Shown: one piece after another, positions 28,594 through 37,776 of the stretch
Position numbering within the stretch: position 1 is the stretch's first letter
Layout: each line of letters begins with the position of its first letter
Assembly: GCA_945936135.1 (NCBI GenBank)
Contig: CAMESG010000001.1
Span: 66,748-130,747 of the forward strand
Reading direction: 5' to 3'
Origin: an uncultured Mollicutes bacterium
GTDB lineage: Bacteria; Bacillota_I; Bacilli_A; RFN20; CAG-826
Length of the DNA: 64,000 nt
The notes under the pieces: model-generated
Told to the model about the DNA's origin: nothing
Seen by the model: only the letters and a program-made list of their open reading frames with translations
The model's database searches: none
Translations under genes and position numbers: made by a program

Positions 28594-28653
28594 TTCGTTC
28601 TCCAAATTGAAGTAATTCTAGTTCTTCTCTCGTTTTCTTTCAACCAAAGCACG

Positions 28654-28678
28654 AAAAAAGCCGGCACAAGGCCGACTT
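28654..28678 (-). terminator. terminator of the rplU-prp-rpmA operon
   Basis: GTCGGC-cttgt-GCCGGC followed by TTTTTT on the minus strand after the rpmA stop. Confidence 0.55.
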
Positions 28679-28694
28679 TGGTTCGTTATCTCGA

Positions 28695-28985
28695 TTACTT
28701 CGTGACGACCGGGTAAACGCTGAGGCGCTTGCCATCTTTGCCGACGCGTTCGAATTTCGCATAGCCCGCGATCAAGGCGAACAGGGTGTCGTCCCCGCCC
28801 TTCTTGACGTTGTGGCCCGGCATGATCTTCGTGCCGCGCTGACGGTAAAGGATGGAACCCGCGGTGACGATTTGGCCATCGCCGACCTTGGCGCCCAAGC
28901 GACGTCCAGCGGAGTCACGGCCGTTCTTCGTCGAACCGACGCCCTTCTTGGAAGCGAAGAGCTGGAGATCAAGAACAAATTTCAT
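28695..28985 (-). CDS. rpmA: 50S ribosomal protein L27 with an N-terminal Prp-cleavable extension
   Basis: [10 protein letters not shown]|[15 protein letters not shown]... matches Firmicutes L27 with the propeptide cleaved before ASKKG. Confidence 0.9.
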   Translation of the reverse strand: MKFVLDLQLFASKKGVGSTKNGRDSAGRRLGAKVGDGQIVTAGSILYRQRGTKIMPGHNVKKGGDDTLFALIAGYAKFERVGKDGKRLSVYPVVTK

Positions 28986-28990
28986 GTTGG

Positions 28991-29299
28991 TTACTTCCTT
29001 TCTTTGATGCTGATGGCTTCTCCGTAAGAAGCCTCGATGGTCTTAAGTTGGATGATCGCCGTCTCGAAGACGGTTTCATCGTGCTCGGAGAGCGCGCCGG
29101 GAATCTCGACGTCGACCAGTCCTTCATCGATTTCGATGTTGAGCGAGTCGGCATCCTCCAAGGCATTGAGTGCCCCGATGGCGATGGCGCTGACGGCGGC
29201 GCAGACGAGATCTTTTCCCGCCAGGGCCGTGTTCGCGTGGCCTTTGACGCAGAGGGAAGCTAAGCCCTTGCCGCGATAAGCGATTTCTACCTTGACCAT
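28991..29299 (-). CDS. prp: ribosomal-processing cysteine protease Prp (YsxB family)
   Basis: 102 aa DUF464 protein between rplU and rpmA; conserved Cys/His (CVKGHA...DLVCAAVS). Confidence 0.8.
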   Translation of the reverse strand: MVKVEIAYRGKGLASLCVKGHANTALAGKDLVCAAVSAIAIGALNALEDADSLNIEIDEGLVDVEIPGALSEHDETVFETAIIQLKTIEASYGEAISIKERK

Positions 29300-29308
29300 G
29301 CCATCCCC

Positions 29309-29617
29309 TTAGGCGTTGATGGCTTTGACGACGAGACAAGTATAAGGTTGACGGTGGCCCATGGTCTTGCGCTCATTGGCTTTGGCCTTGTACTTGAACA
29401 CGCGGATCTTTTTGCCGAGACCGTGCTTTTCGACCTTGCAGTCGACGCTCGCGCCCTCAACATAGGGAGAACCGACTTTGACGGTTTCGCCACCGACGAA
29501 GAGAACCTTGTCGATGTTGATGTCCTTGCCGGCTTCGACGTCGAGCTTTTCGACGTAGATTTTGTCACCGGCTTCGACTTTGATTTGCTTGCCGCCCGTT
29601 TCGATGATTGCGTACAT
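29309..29617 (-). CDS. rplU: 50S ribosomal protein L21
   Basis: [25 protein letters not shown]... is canonical L21; AGGAGG RBS at 29629-29634. Confidence 0.9.
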   Translation of the reverse strand: MYAIIETGGKQIKVEAGDKIYVEKLDVEAGKDINIDKVLFVGGETVKVGSPYVEGASVDCKVEKHGLGKKIRVFKYKAKANERKTMGHRQPYTCLVVKAINA

Positions 29618-29960
29618 TTTTGGTTTTTCCTCCTTGCTGCTTTTGATGACTCGCTATCAAGGCGATCCTTGCGGATGCTTATTAGCCTTTCTTATGCGGT
29701 TGCGCGCCCAAAGCAAGGCGGACAACGTGGGTATTATAGGCACTTCATTCCCTTAAGGGAAGGACGAATTTCAATTTCCGAGGTTTTTCCTGAAATGGAC
29801 CAGATCTCTGAGCAGGCTTCTCGATTTTCGATGAATCAATGATTGGAAACTCACCGTGGCAAACCCCCTCGAAATTCAGGGGCTAATTTTCAGGAATATC
29901 GACTCCAAATTCAAGGAACAAAATACCTTGAAATATAACGTTCTGATCGAGTGAATTGTA
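29618..29960 (-). promoter_or_regulatory. long 5' leader of the rplU-prp-rpmA operon (candidate L21-leader-type autoregulatory RNA) with an extended -10 promoter
   Basis: About 330 nt untranslated region between a TGtTACAAT extended -10 (plus 29952-29960 read on the minus strand) and the rplU ATG. Contains a perfect 10-bp palindrome CCCTTAAGGG (29746-29755) and a 5-bp stem-loop (CCCCT/AGGGG). Confidence 0.3.
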
Positions 29961-30242
29961 ACATTTTCCAAATTTGAAATTGCATCGTTGACAAGGGCTA
30001 GAATTTAAATGAACTTCTAGGTGATGAGACCCCTCAAAAATGTTTGTCGCCCCCCGACATGCGGGCAGTAAGTGGTCGGGATCACAAATATCTACCGCTC
30101 CCCAGCGCGCGAGATACAAAGCCCATAAAGTGGCAAAAGGCTGGGCCAAAAATGGAACGCTCTGCCTCGGCACGGCCTTTTTTATGGAAAAGCCCCTTCT
30201 CCTTCTTTTCTTGGGACGGGGTTGAAGGAAAAGGGGATTAGA

Positions 30243-30428
30243 TTACATCTCCCACTCGAACTTGAAGCCGCTTGGCAATTGGAGCTTGGCTTCGCCGCTA
30301 CTGAAGAGCTTATAGGCCACGATCGTCAAGATCACGACTGTGAACACGACGATCACGGTCGCAAGGCTCAAGGCCTCGCCAGGACGGATCGAGGTTCTCT
30401 CTTCCAGGGTCAAAGGCGTAGGATGCAA
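30243..30428 (-). CDS. candidate small single-TM protein (TTG start, ~61 aa)
   Basis: GGAGGTG RBS (30435-30441) 6 nt before a TTG. The product (M)HPTPLTLEERTSIRPGEALSLATVIVVFTVVILTIVAYKLFSSGEAKLQLPSGFKFEWEM has one clear TM. It lies between the valS terminator and the rplU promoter. Confidence 0.25.
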   Translation of the reverse strand: MHPTPLTLEERTSIRPGEALSLATVIVVFTVVILTIVAYKLFSSGEAKLQLPSGFKFEWEM

Positions 30429-30540
30429 AAAATTCACCTCCTTTCGTGATGAAATGCATAAAAACCCTATCAATGTAGGCTTTCGCCCTGCCCTAAGGAT
30501 ATTGAACCACGAATTCTTGGCTTGAGAAGAGGGCAAACGA

Positions 30541-30572
30541 AAACGCGCCCCGAAGGACGCGTCTTCCTTTGT
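30541..30572 (-). terminator. putative terminator after valS
   Basis: GAAGACGCG-tccttcgggg-CGCGTTTTC hairpin immediately after the valS stop; the T-run is partly within the stem. Confidence 0.35.
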
Positions 30573-33150
30573 TTAGTTAAGGCTATCGAGCCGAGTGAGG
30601 ACTTCTCGAAGCTTCGCTTGGTTATCCGCGAATTTCGCTTTCTCGATATCGAGCTTTTCTTTCGGGGCCTTCGCGACGAAGTTCGGGTTCGAGAGCATCT
30701 TCTCCCCGCGGGCAAGCTCGAAGGTCAAACGCTCCTTCTCTTTCATTAACCCAGCGCGGATCTCCTCGACGGATTGATCGAGGCTTAAGACCATCGAAAC
30801 GGACTTGTAGAGGAAGGTTTCGCCTTTCGGCGCCTCTTTTTCGATCTTCACCTCTTTCGCGAAGAGAAAGCGCTTGAGGTAGTCTTCGATGCCCTTGAAG
30901 GGGGCTTTTGGAGAGATGCAGATCGTGATTGGGGCGTTTGGAGCCATCTTGGACGCCGATTTATAGGAACGGACGTCCTTGATCATCGCTTCCAAGGTCT
31001 TGCCGGCGACTTCATCGTGGGCAAAGACCAAGTTCTTATCGTAGGTCGGGTAGCTTTCAAGCATCGCGGAGTCCTTATGCCCCGGCAAGGAAAGGTAGAG
31101 TTCTTCGCCGATGAAGGGGCAATACGGGAAGATCATCAAGATCAAGGATTTCGCGACGAAATAGAGGGTCTGCTTGACGGGGGCCTCCTTGCTTGGATCG
31201 CTTAAGGAGACCTTGCTCATTTCAAGGTAGTAGGAGCAGAAATCATCGTAGACGAAGTCATATAGCGCCGTCGAAGCCGCTCCGAATTCATAGGCGTCCA
31301 TCTTGGTGGTCACCTTCTTGATCGTCTTCTCTAGACGGGTCAAGATGTAACGTTCCAAGGTCCCCAAGTCCTTCTTCTCCAGCTTCCCAGGAACAAAATC
31401 CTCACCCAAGACGGATTCGACGTAACGGGTCGCGTTCCAGATCTTGTTTAGATAGTTCGCGGAGGATTGGAGCTTTTCATCGCTATAACGCATGTCTAGC
31501 CCCGGGGTGCTCGACGTCGTAATGAAGTAACGAAGGGCGTCCACGCCATATCGGTCGATGACATCGAGAGGATCGATGCCGTTCCCCAAAGATTTCGACA
31601 TCTTCCGTCCTTGTTCGTCGCGCATGAGCCCATGGATCAAAACCTTCTTGAAGGGGGCTTTGCCCGTGAAATGCTCGCTTTGGAAGACCATGCGGGACAC
31701 CCAGAAGAAGATGATGTCGTAACCCGTGACCAAGGTCGAAGTCGGGAAGTAACGATCGAAGTCCGGGGTCGATTTTGGCCAGCCCATGGTCGCGAAAGGC
31801 CAAAGGGCGCTAGAGAACCACGTATCGAGGACGTCTTCGTCTTGATCGTATTCTTCCATGTTCGGCTCGGTCTCGGAAACCAAGATCTCGCCGGTCTTTT
31901 TGTTGTAATAAGCAGGAATGCGGTGACCCCACCAAAGCTGACGGGAAATGCACCAATCCTCGACGTTTTTCATCCAACGGATCAAGACGTTTTCGAAGCG
32001 CTTCGGCTTGAATTCGACCTTGCCTTCGCCTTGTTGCATCTCCAAGACCTTGTCCGCGAGAGGCTTCATTTTCACGAACCATTGCTTGGACAGCATCGGT
32101 TCGACAACGGTGTTGCTCCGTTCACTAAAACCGACGGAGTGGACGAAGGTCTCGATGTGGTCGAGATGTCCTTCTGCCTTGATCTTTTCGACGAGTTTTT
32201 CTCTCGCTTCATAACGATCCATCCCGGCAAATTCACCAGCGATAGGAAGCAAATGGGCGGTTTCGTCCATTACGCGGATAAGCGGGAACCCGTATTTCTT
32301 CGCCAACGCAAAGTCGTTCGGATCGTGGGCCGGCGTGCACTTCATCGCGCCCGTGCCAAAGCTCATGTCGACGTAGGAATCGCCCATCAGGGGGAGCCAT
32401 TCGCCGTTGCAAGGGTTCTTGACCCTCTTGCCGATGTATTTTTGGTAACGCGGATCCTTGGGGTTCACGAAAACCGCGGTATCGCCCCACATCGTCTCCG
32501 GACGCGTGGTCGCGACGATCAAGGCATCGTCTTCGCCTTCGATGTCGTATTTGAAGTAATAGAATTGGCCTGGGACGTCTTTATGGACGACTTCGATGTT
32601 CGATAAAGCCGTCCGGAGCTCGGGATCCCAATGGATGATGCGCTCGCCTTGATAGATGAGCCCTTCGTTATAAAGGGTCACGAAAACGTGCTTGACCGCG
32701 GCATTCAAGCCTTCATCTAACGTGAAGCGTTCACGGGTATAGTCGACGGATAAACCGATCTTCGCCCATTGGGCATGGATGGTCTTCGCGTATTCATCCT
32801 TCCACTTCCAGGCTTCTTTCAAGAACCCTTCACGCCCTAGATCGTAGCGGGAAACGCCTTGCTCGCGAAGTTTCGCTTCGACCTTCGCTTGGGTCGCGAT
32901 GCCCGCGTGGTCCATGCCCGGGATCCAAAGGACGTCAAAGCCCTTCATCTTCTTGTAACGGGCGATGATGTCGTCAGGAATCGTGTCCATCACGTGGCCT
33001 AAATGCAATTTGCCCGTAACGTTCGGCGGCGGGATGACCATCGAAAAACTCGGCTTGGTGTTGTCTCCCGCGGTGAAATAGCCATTGGACTTCCAGGTCT
33101 CGTATTTGCCTTCTTCGACCTTCTTCGGGTCGTAACGCTTATCCAACATG
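30573..33150 (-). CDS. valS: valine--tRNA ligase
   Basis: HIGH-type motif PPPNVTGKLHLGHVMD, KMSKS, and a C-terminal coiled coil. Start MLDKRYDPKKVE with AGGAGG 7 nt upstream; the track ORF extends into the leader. Confidence 0.9.
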
Positions 33151-33423
33151 GCGGTGCCTCCTAAATAAAAAACGCCTGCCCCCATTGGGACGCGGCGCGC
33201 GGTACCACCCAATTTGGCTAGAAATCTAGCCCTCTCTTGCCCTTTAACGCAGGAAACGCTTTCCTCCTTCGCGACTTCCTAGGCCTTTTGGACGGGGCTT
33301 TCACCTGCTCCCCGCTCTCTAAACCGCTGGTTTCTAGGTCCCTCGAATTCTTTGGAACGCGGTTATTATAAACAAACGCCCGCAAAAGAAAAGCCCTACC
33401 GGAACTTCCGATAGGGCCGCGGT
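33151..33423 (-). promoter_or_regulatory. T-box leader (tRNA-Val sensing) upstream of valS
   Basis: Conserved T-box sequence AAATTGGGTGGTACCGCG on the minus strand (plus 33198-33215), ~50 nt upstream of the valS RBS in a 273-nt leader. Confidence 0.6.
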
Positions 33424-33996
33424 TCATCGTTTGAGCAACGAGAGGATCGCTTTCCTTAGAAAAGCGCGGTTCTTTAGCTTCAACTCGCTTTCGATCGCCC
33501 GGTCGAACCCGAGATCCAAGGCAGTTTTCCTCGCTTTTGCAAGGGCGCTTTGGTTCATCTGGTCGGTCTTGGTCAAGACCACGAGGATCGGCTTATGGAA
33601 GGATTGAAGGTAGGAATAGAAGGCTTTGTCTTCTTCGCTTGGCTCACGCCGTAAATCCAGGAGCAAGACGATTCCGCGAATCGAAGGCGAAGGAAGGCTT
33701 TCTTCCATGAGCGTCGAGAATTGCACGGTCGACATGGTCGCAAAACCCGTAGAACCATACCCCGGCGAGTCGATCAAATAGAAGGAATCGTCGACCAGGA
33801 AATAGTTCAAGGCCTTGGTCTTGCCGGCCTTCTTCGAAGAAAAGGCGAGTTTCGCGTTCAAGATCCCGTTGATCAAGGTGCTTTTGCCGACGTTGCTGCG
33901 TCCGACAACCAAGATCCCAGGGAGCATTTGCCCCTTGAATTCCTTGGGGGAAGGGGCGCTCGCAACGAAGCGAACCTTGGAAAATGGCTCACTCAT
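33424..33996 (-). CDS. engB: ribosome biogenesis GTPase EngB/YsxC
   Basis: GRSNVGKSTLIN, DSPGYG and TKTD motifs; immediately downstream of lon, as in Bacillus. Confidence 0.85.
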   Translation of the reverse strand: MSEPFSKVRFVASAPSPKEFKGQMLPGILVVGRSNVGKSTLINGILNAKLAFSSKKAGKTKALNYFLVDDSFYLIDSPGYGSTGFATMSTVQFSTLMEESLPSPSIRGIVLLLDLRREPSEEDKAFYSYLQSFHKPILVVLTKTDQMNQSALAKARKTALDLGFDRAIESELKLKNRAFLRKAILSLLKR

Positions 33997-36331
33997 ACGG
34001 CTCGACGAGCGCTTCTTTCAAGGCATCGTCGACGGAACGGAGATAAACGATTTTAAGGTTGTCTTTGACTTCCTTAGGAAGTTCCGAGACATCCTTCTTG
34101 TTATCGATCGGGACGAGGATCTTCTTGATGCCGGAACGGAGAGCGGCGAGGCTCTTTTCGCGCAAACCGCCGATTGGGAGGGCTTTCCCACGCAAGGTCA
34201 CTTCGCCGGTCATCGCGACGTTCGACGAGACTTTCTTGCCGGATAAGCAAGAGACGAGGGCAACCGACATCGCAATGCCAGCGCTAGGGCCATCCTTCGG
34301 GACGGCGCCTTCGGGAACGTGGATATGGATATCGTTCTTCTCGAAGATCGTGGGATCGATATGGTAACGCTCGGCGTTCGCGCGAACGTAAGACAAGGCG
34401 ATGGTCGCGGACTCCTTCATGACGTCGCCGAGTTTCCCAGTGAGGACAAGACCGCCCTTGCCAGGATAATAGGTGACTTCGATCGGAAGGATGTCGCCGC
34501 CGAATTCGGTGTAAGCCAAACCCGTGACAACGCCTACTTGGTCTTCCTTTTCTTTCTTGGAGCCTTCGAAAAGCTCGACGCCAAGGAATTCATGGACCTT
34601 ATCGACATCGATGCGGATCGGTTTCTTCGTCTCGGGATGATCGAGCAATTCGACGACCGCCTTGCGGCAAATCGAAGCGATCAAGCGTTCGAGTTGACGG
34701 ACGCCTGCTTCCATCGAGTAATGTTCGATGAGGCATTGAATCGCGGAATCTTCGAATTGGATGTCGCCTTCTTGAAGGCCGTTCAACTTGCGTTGTTTGG
34801 CAATCAAGAAGCCCGTCGCGATCTTGGTTTTCTCGATCTCGGTGTAGGAAGGGACTTCGATGAGTTCAAGGCGGTCGCGCAAGGGCGCCGGGACGTTTTC
34901 AAGGTAGTTCGCGGTGCAGATGAAGAGGACGTTGCTTAAATCATAAGGCTCTTCAAGGTAGTTATCGTTGAAGGCGACGTTCTGTTCGGGATCGAGGACT
35001 TCGAGCAAAGCGCTCGAAGGATCGCCATGATACGAGGTTCCGCCGACCTTATCGATTTCGTCAAGCAAGAACACGGGGTTCGTGGTCCCGGCTTTGGTCA
35101 TCCCTTGGATGATGCGCCCAGGCATCGAACCGACGTAGGTTCTGCGGTGCCCGCGGATCTCAGCTTCATCGCTGATGCCGCCTAAGGCCGCCTTGAAGAA
35201 CTTCCGGCCCAAGGCACGAGCAATCGAACGCGCCAAAGACGTTTTGCCACAGCCAGGCGGCCCATAGAAACAGAGGATCGGGGCTTTTAAGTTCCCGGTC
35301 ATCTTCTTGACCGCGAGGTATTCGATGATGCGTTTCTTGACCTTCTCCAGGCCATAATGGTCTTCGTCGAGGACCTTGCGCACGTTATCGAGTTCTTCGT
35401 TGTCCTCGGTCTTTTCAAACCAAGGAACCGCGAGAAGCGTCTCGATGTAGCCCATGATCAGAGAGCTTTCGAGGCTGCTTTCCGGCATCATCTCGTAACG
35501 CTTGAGCTCGTGCTTCACGCGGTCTTTGACGTTTTGAGGATAAGGGTTCTCCTCCAACTTCGCGCGGATCGCGTCGACCCCTTGTTCGGAATCCGGGTCT
35601 TCGCCTAGTTCGCTGCGAATGGCTTTCAAGCGCTCGCGAAGGTAGTAATCCTTCTGGCTTTTTTCCGCCGCCGCGCGGACTTTTTCGTCCACCGCGCGAT
35701 CGACTTCGGCCCCGACTTGCTCTTTCGCGAAGAAGTCCATCAAGACCTTCAAACGTTCCTTCAAGGAAGGGGAAGAGAGGATCTTGATCTTCTCAGGGAT
35801 CGGAAGAGGCAAGACGGAAGCGAGCTGATCCGTCATTTCCGAGGCCAAACGGGGCTTGATGTTGCCCTTCATGGCGTTAGATAGCGAGGCCAAATAGGTC
35901 GAGAAGCTGCGCGAATGCGCCAAGGCATCGGCAAGCTCTTGCATGCTCTTCAAATCGATGTCGTCTTCTTCGACGAAAGGCAAAATCGCCCCATCGGCGT
36001 AGAAGCTACCATCGACGAATTGGATGTTTTCCAGCTTGACGCGCTTGGTGCCGACGACGCGGACGTGGATCCCCTGCCCGTCTTCTTGGTTTTCCAAGAT
36101 GCGGGCGAGGGTTCCGTATTCATAGATTTGATCGGGTTGGATCTCCTCCGCCGTTTCGTCTTTCTGCGCGACGACGATCACGAGAGAATTAAAGTCGGCG
36201 ACGGAAGAATGGATCGCGTGGATCGAGGGCTTCCGTCCGGCTTCGATCGTTTCGTTGATCGAGGGGAAGAGGACGAGCGAGCGGGTGACGAGGAGGGGGA
36301 GGTGAAGCGTTTCCACTATGTTTTCTGGCAT
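33989..36331 (-). CDS. lon: ATP-dependent Lon protease
   Basis: 780 aa; LON N-domain, AAA+ GPPGCGKTS, protease S/K dyad region PKDGPSAGIAM. Confidence 0.9.
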   Translation of the reverse strand: MPENIVETLHLPLLVTRSLVLFPSINETIEAGRKPSIHAIHSSVADFNSLVIVVAQKDETAEEIQPDQIYEYGTLARILENQEDGQGIHVRVVGTKRVKLENIQFVDGSFYADGAILPFVEEDDIDLKSMQELADALAHSRSFSTYLASLSNAMKGNIKPRLASEMTDQLASVLPLPIPEKIKILSSPSLKERLKVLMDFFAKEQVGAEVDRAVDEKVRAAAEKSQKDYYLRERLKAIRSELGEDPDSEQGVDAIRAKLEENPYPQNVKDRVKHELKRYEMMPESSLESSLIMGYIETLLAVPWFEKTEDNEELDNVRKVLDEDHYGLEKVKKRIIEYLAVKKMTGNLKAPILCFYGPPGCGKTSLARSIARALGRKFFKAALGGISDEAEIRGHRRTYVGSMPGRIIQGMTKAGTTNPVFLLDEIDKVGGTSYHGDPSSALLEVLDPEQNVAFNDNYLEEPYDLSNVLFICTANYLENVPAPLRDRLELIEVPSYTEIEKTKIATGFLIAKQRKLNGLQEGDIQFEDSAIQCLIEHYSMEAGVRQLERLIASICRKAVVELLDHPETKKPIRIDVDKVHEFLGVELFEGSKKEKEDQVGVVTGLAYTEFGGDILPIEVTYYPGKGGLVLTGKLGDVMKESATIALSYVRANAERYHIDPTIFEKNDIHIHVPEGAVPKDGPSAGIAMSVALVSCLSGKKVSSNVAMTGEVTLRGKALPIGGLREKSLAALRSGIKKILVPIDNKKDVSELPKEVKDNLKIVYLRSVDDALKEALVEPYE

Positions 36332-36368
36332 TGTTGCCTCCTTTCCGCCTCAAAGGCAGGGATTGGGA

Positions 36369-37691
36369 TTAGTCTTCTTTTTTCACTTCTTCTTCGACCT
36401 TCTTGGCCTTAGAAGCTTCGCCGTTATTGGCGAGCAAGAATTCTTGGATCTTGCGGTTTTGGAGGTTGTCGCGGAAGGAAGAAAGGTTGTTGCCAAGGGC
36501 TTTCTTCACGTCTTCGACCTTCATCTTGTATTGTTCGGCAAGGTGCGAGATTTCGACGTCGAGTTCGGCATCGTCGACGATCATGTGCTCGGCGGCGGCG
36601 ATCGTCTGGAGGACGAGGTAGGTCTTGAGGTTGGCCTCGGATCCTTTGCGGAGGTTTTCGCGCATCGCTTCTTCGGTCTGGCCGGTGATCTCAAGGTATT
36701 GTTGGAGGGTCAAGCCATTGGCTTCGATTTGCTTCTTGGTTTGCTCTTCTTGGGCCTTGACGTCGTTCTCGATGATTTCGTCGGGGTAGGTCACGGTCGC
36801 ATCGGCGACGACTTTCTCGACGATGCTGTTGTAATAGGCGCTATTGGCGGCGTTGGTCTTGCGTTCGAGGATGTTCTTCTTCTCGAATTCTTTGAGCTCT
36901 TCGACGGTTTTGACGTCCTTGAGGCCAAGATCGGCGACCGTTTCTTCGGTGAGGGCGGGGACGCTCTTCTCTTTAACTTCGTGGATCGCGCATTCGAAGA
37001 CGGCTTCTTTGCCCGCCAATTCCTTGACGTATTGTTCGGGGAAGGTGACCGTGATCGACTTGTTGTCGCCGGCCTTCACGCCAACGAGGGCTTCTTCGAA
37101 GCCCGGAACAAAGGCGTGGGAGCCAAGTTCGAGGGCGTAGTTGTCCGCTTCGCCACCTTCGAAGGCCTTGCCATCGACAAAGCCCTTGAAGTCGAGGACG
37201 ACGGTGTCGCCGACTTTGGCTTCGCGTTCGACGACGGTGAGTTCGGCGGCGTTCGCCAAACGGTCGTTGATCGCCTTGGCGACTTCTTCTTCGCTGACGG
37301 AGACGACGTCGCGCTTAGCTTCAATGCCGGTATAGGCGCCAAGGGTGACCTTTGGCATGGTCGTGAGGGTGTAGACGATCGTGAGTTCCTTTTCGGTGAG
37401 TTTGGTGATGTTCACGGAAGGACGGGAGAAGGGTTGGATCTTCTCTTCGTTGAGGACATCGGCGTAGACCGGGGTCAAGACATCGTCGATCGCGGCGTTG
37501 ATAACCTTGCTTTGGTCAACGTGGGCAAGGGCCAAGGCGCGGGGCGCATTGCCTTTGCGGAAGCCTTTGACGGAAACGTTTTTAAGCGCTTTGTCGAGGG
37601 CTTTCTTTTGGGCATCGGCCCAGATCGTTTCGTCGACGTCAACGGTGATTTCGACGCGGCAGGTGCCAAGTTCTTTGATGGTGTGTTTCAT
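36369..37691 (-). CDS. tig: trigger factor
   Basis: 440 aa; N-terminal ribosome-binding region GFRKGNAPR and FKBP-type PPIase middle domain. Directly upstream of lon with no clpX in between. Confidence 0.9.
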   Translation of the reverse strand: MKHTIKELGTCRVEITVDVDETIWADAQKKALDKALKNVSVKGFRKGNAPRALALAHVDQSKVINAAIDDVLTPVYADVLNEEKIQPFSRPSVNITKLTEKELTIVYTLTTMPKVTLGAYTGIEAKRDVVSVSEEEVAKAINDRLANAAELTVVEREAKVGDTVVLDFKGFVDGKAFEGGEADNYALELGSHAFVPGFEEALVGVKAGDNKSITVTFPEQYVKELAGKEAVFECAIHEVKEKSVPALTEETVADLGLKDVKTVEELKEFEKKNILERKTNAANSAYYNSIVEKVVADATVTYPDEIIENDVKAQEEQTKKQIEANGLTLQQYLEITGQTEEAMRENLRKGSEANLKTYLVLQTIAAAEHMIVDDAELDVEISHLAEQYKMKVEDVKKALGNNLSSFRDNLQNRKIQEFLLANNGEASKAKKVEEEVKKED

Positions 37692-37776
37692 TGTGTTTCT
37701 TTCCTTTTCGAAATTGCAAAAATAAATATAGGCGATCTAAGGATCGTTGCAAGCAAAATACGCGCGTAGAAAGGCT

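Noticed and set aside
29883-30173. 96 aa Cys-rich minus-strand ORF in the rplU upstream region
   Set aside because: It falls inside the predicted rplU leader and promoter, has no RBS, and its composition is odd; more likely noncoding.
33161-33197. Canonical terminator helix for the valS T-box
   Set aside because: A clean terminator stem could not be drawn between the T-box core and the valS RBS. Many alternative GC pairings exist, so only the T-box core is reported.
36318-37769. 483 aa plus-strand ORF
   Set aside because: Antisense to trigger factor.
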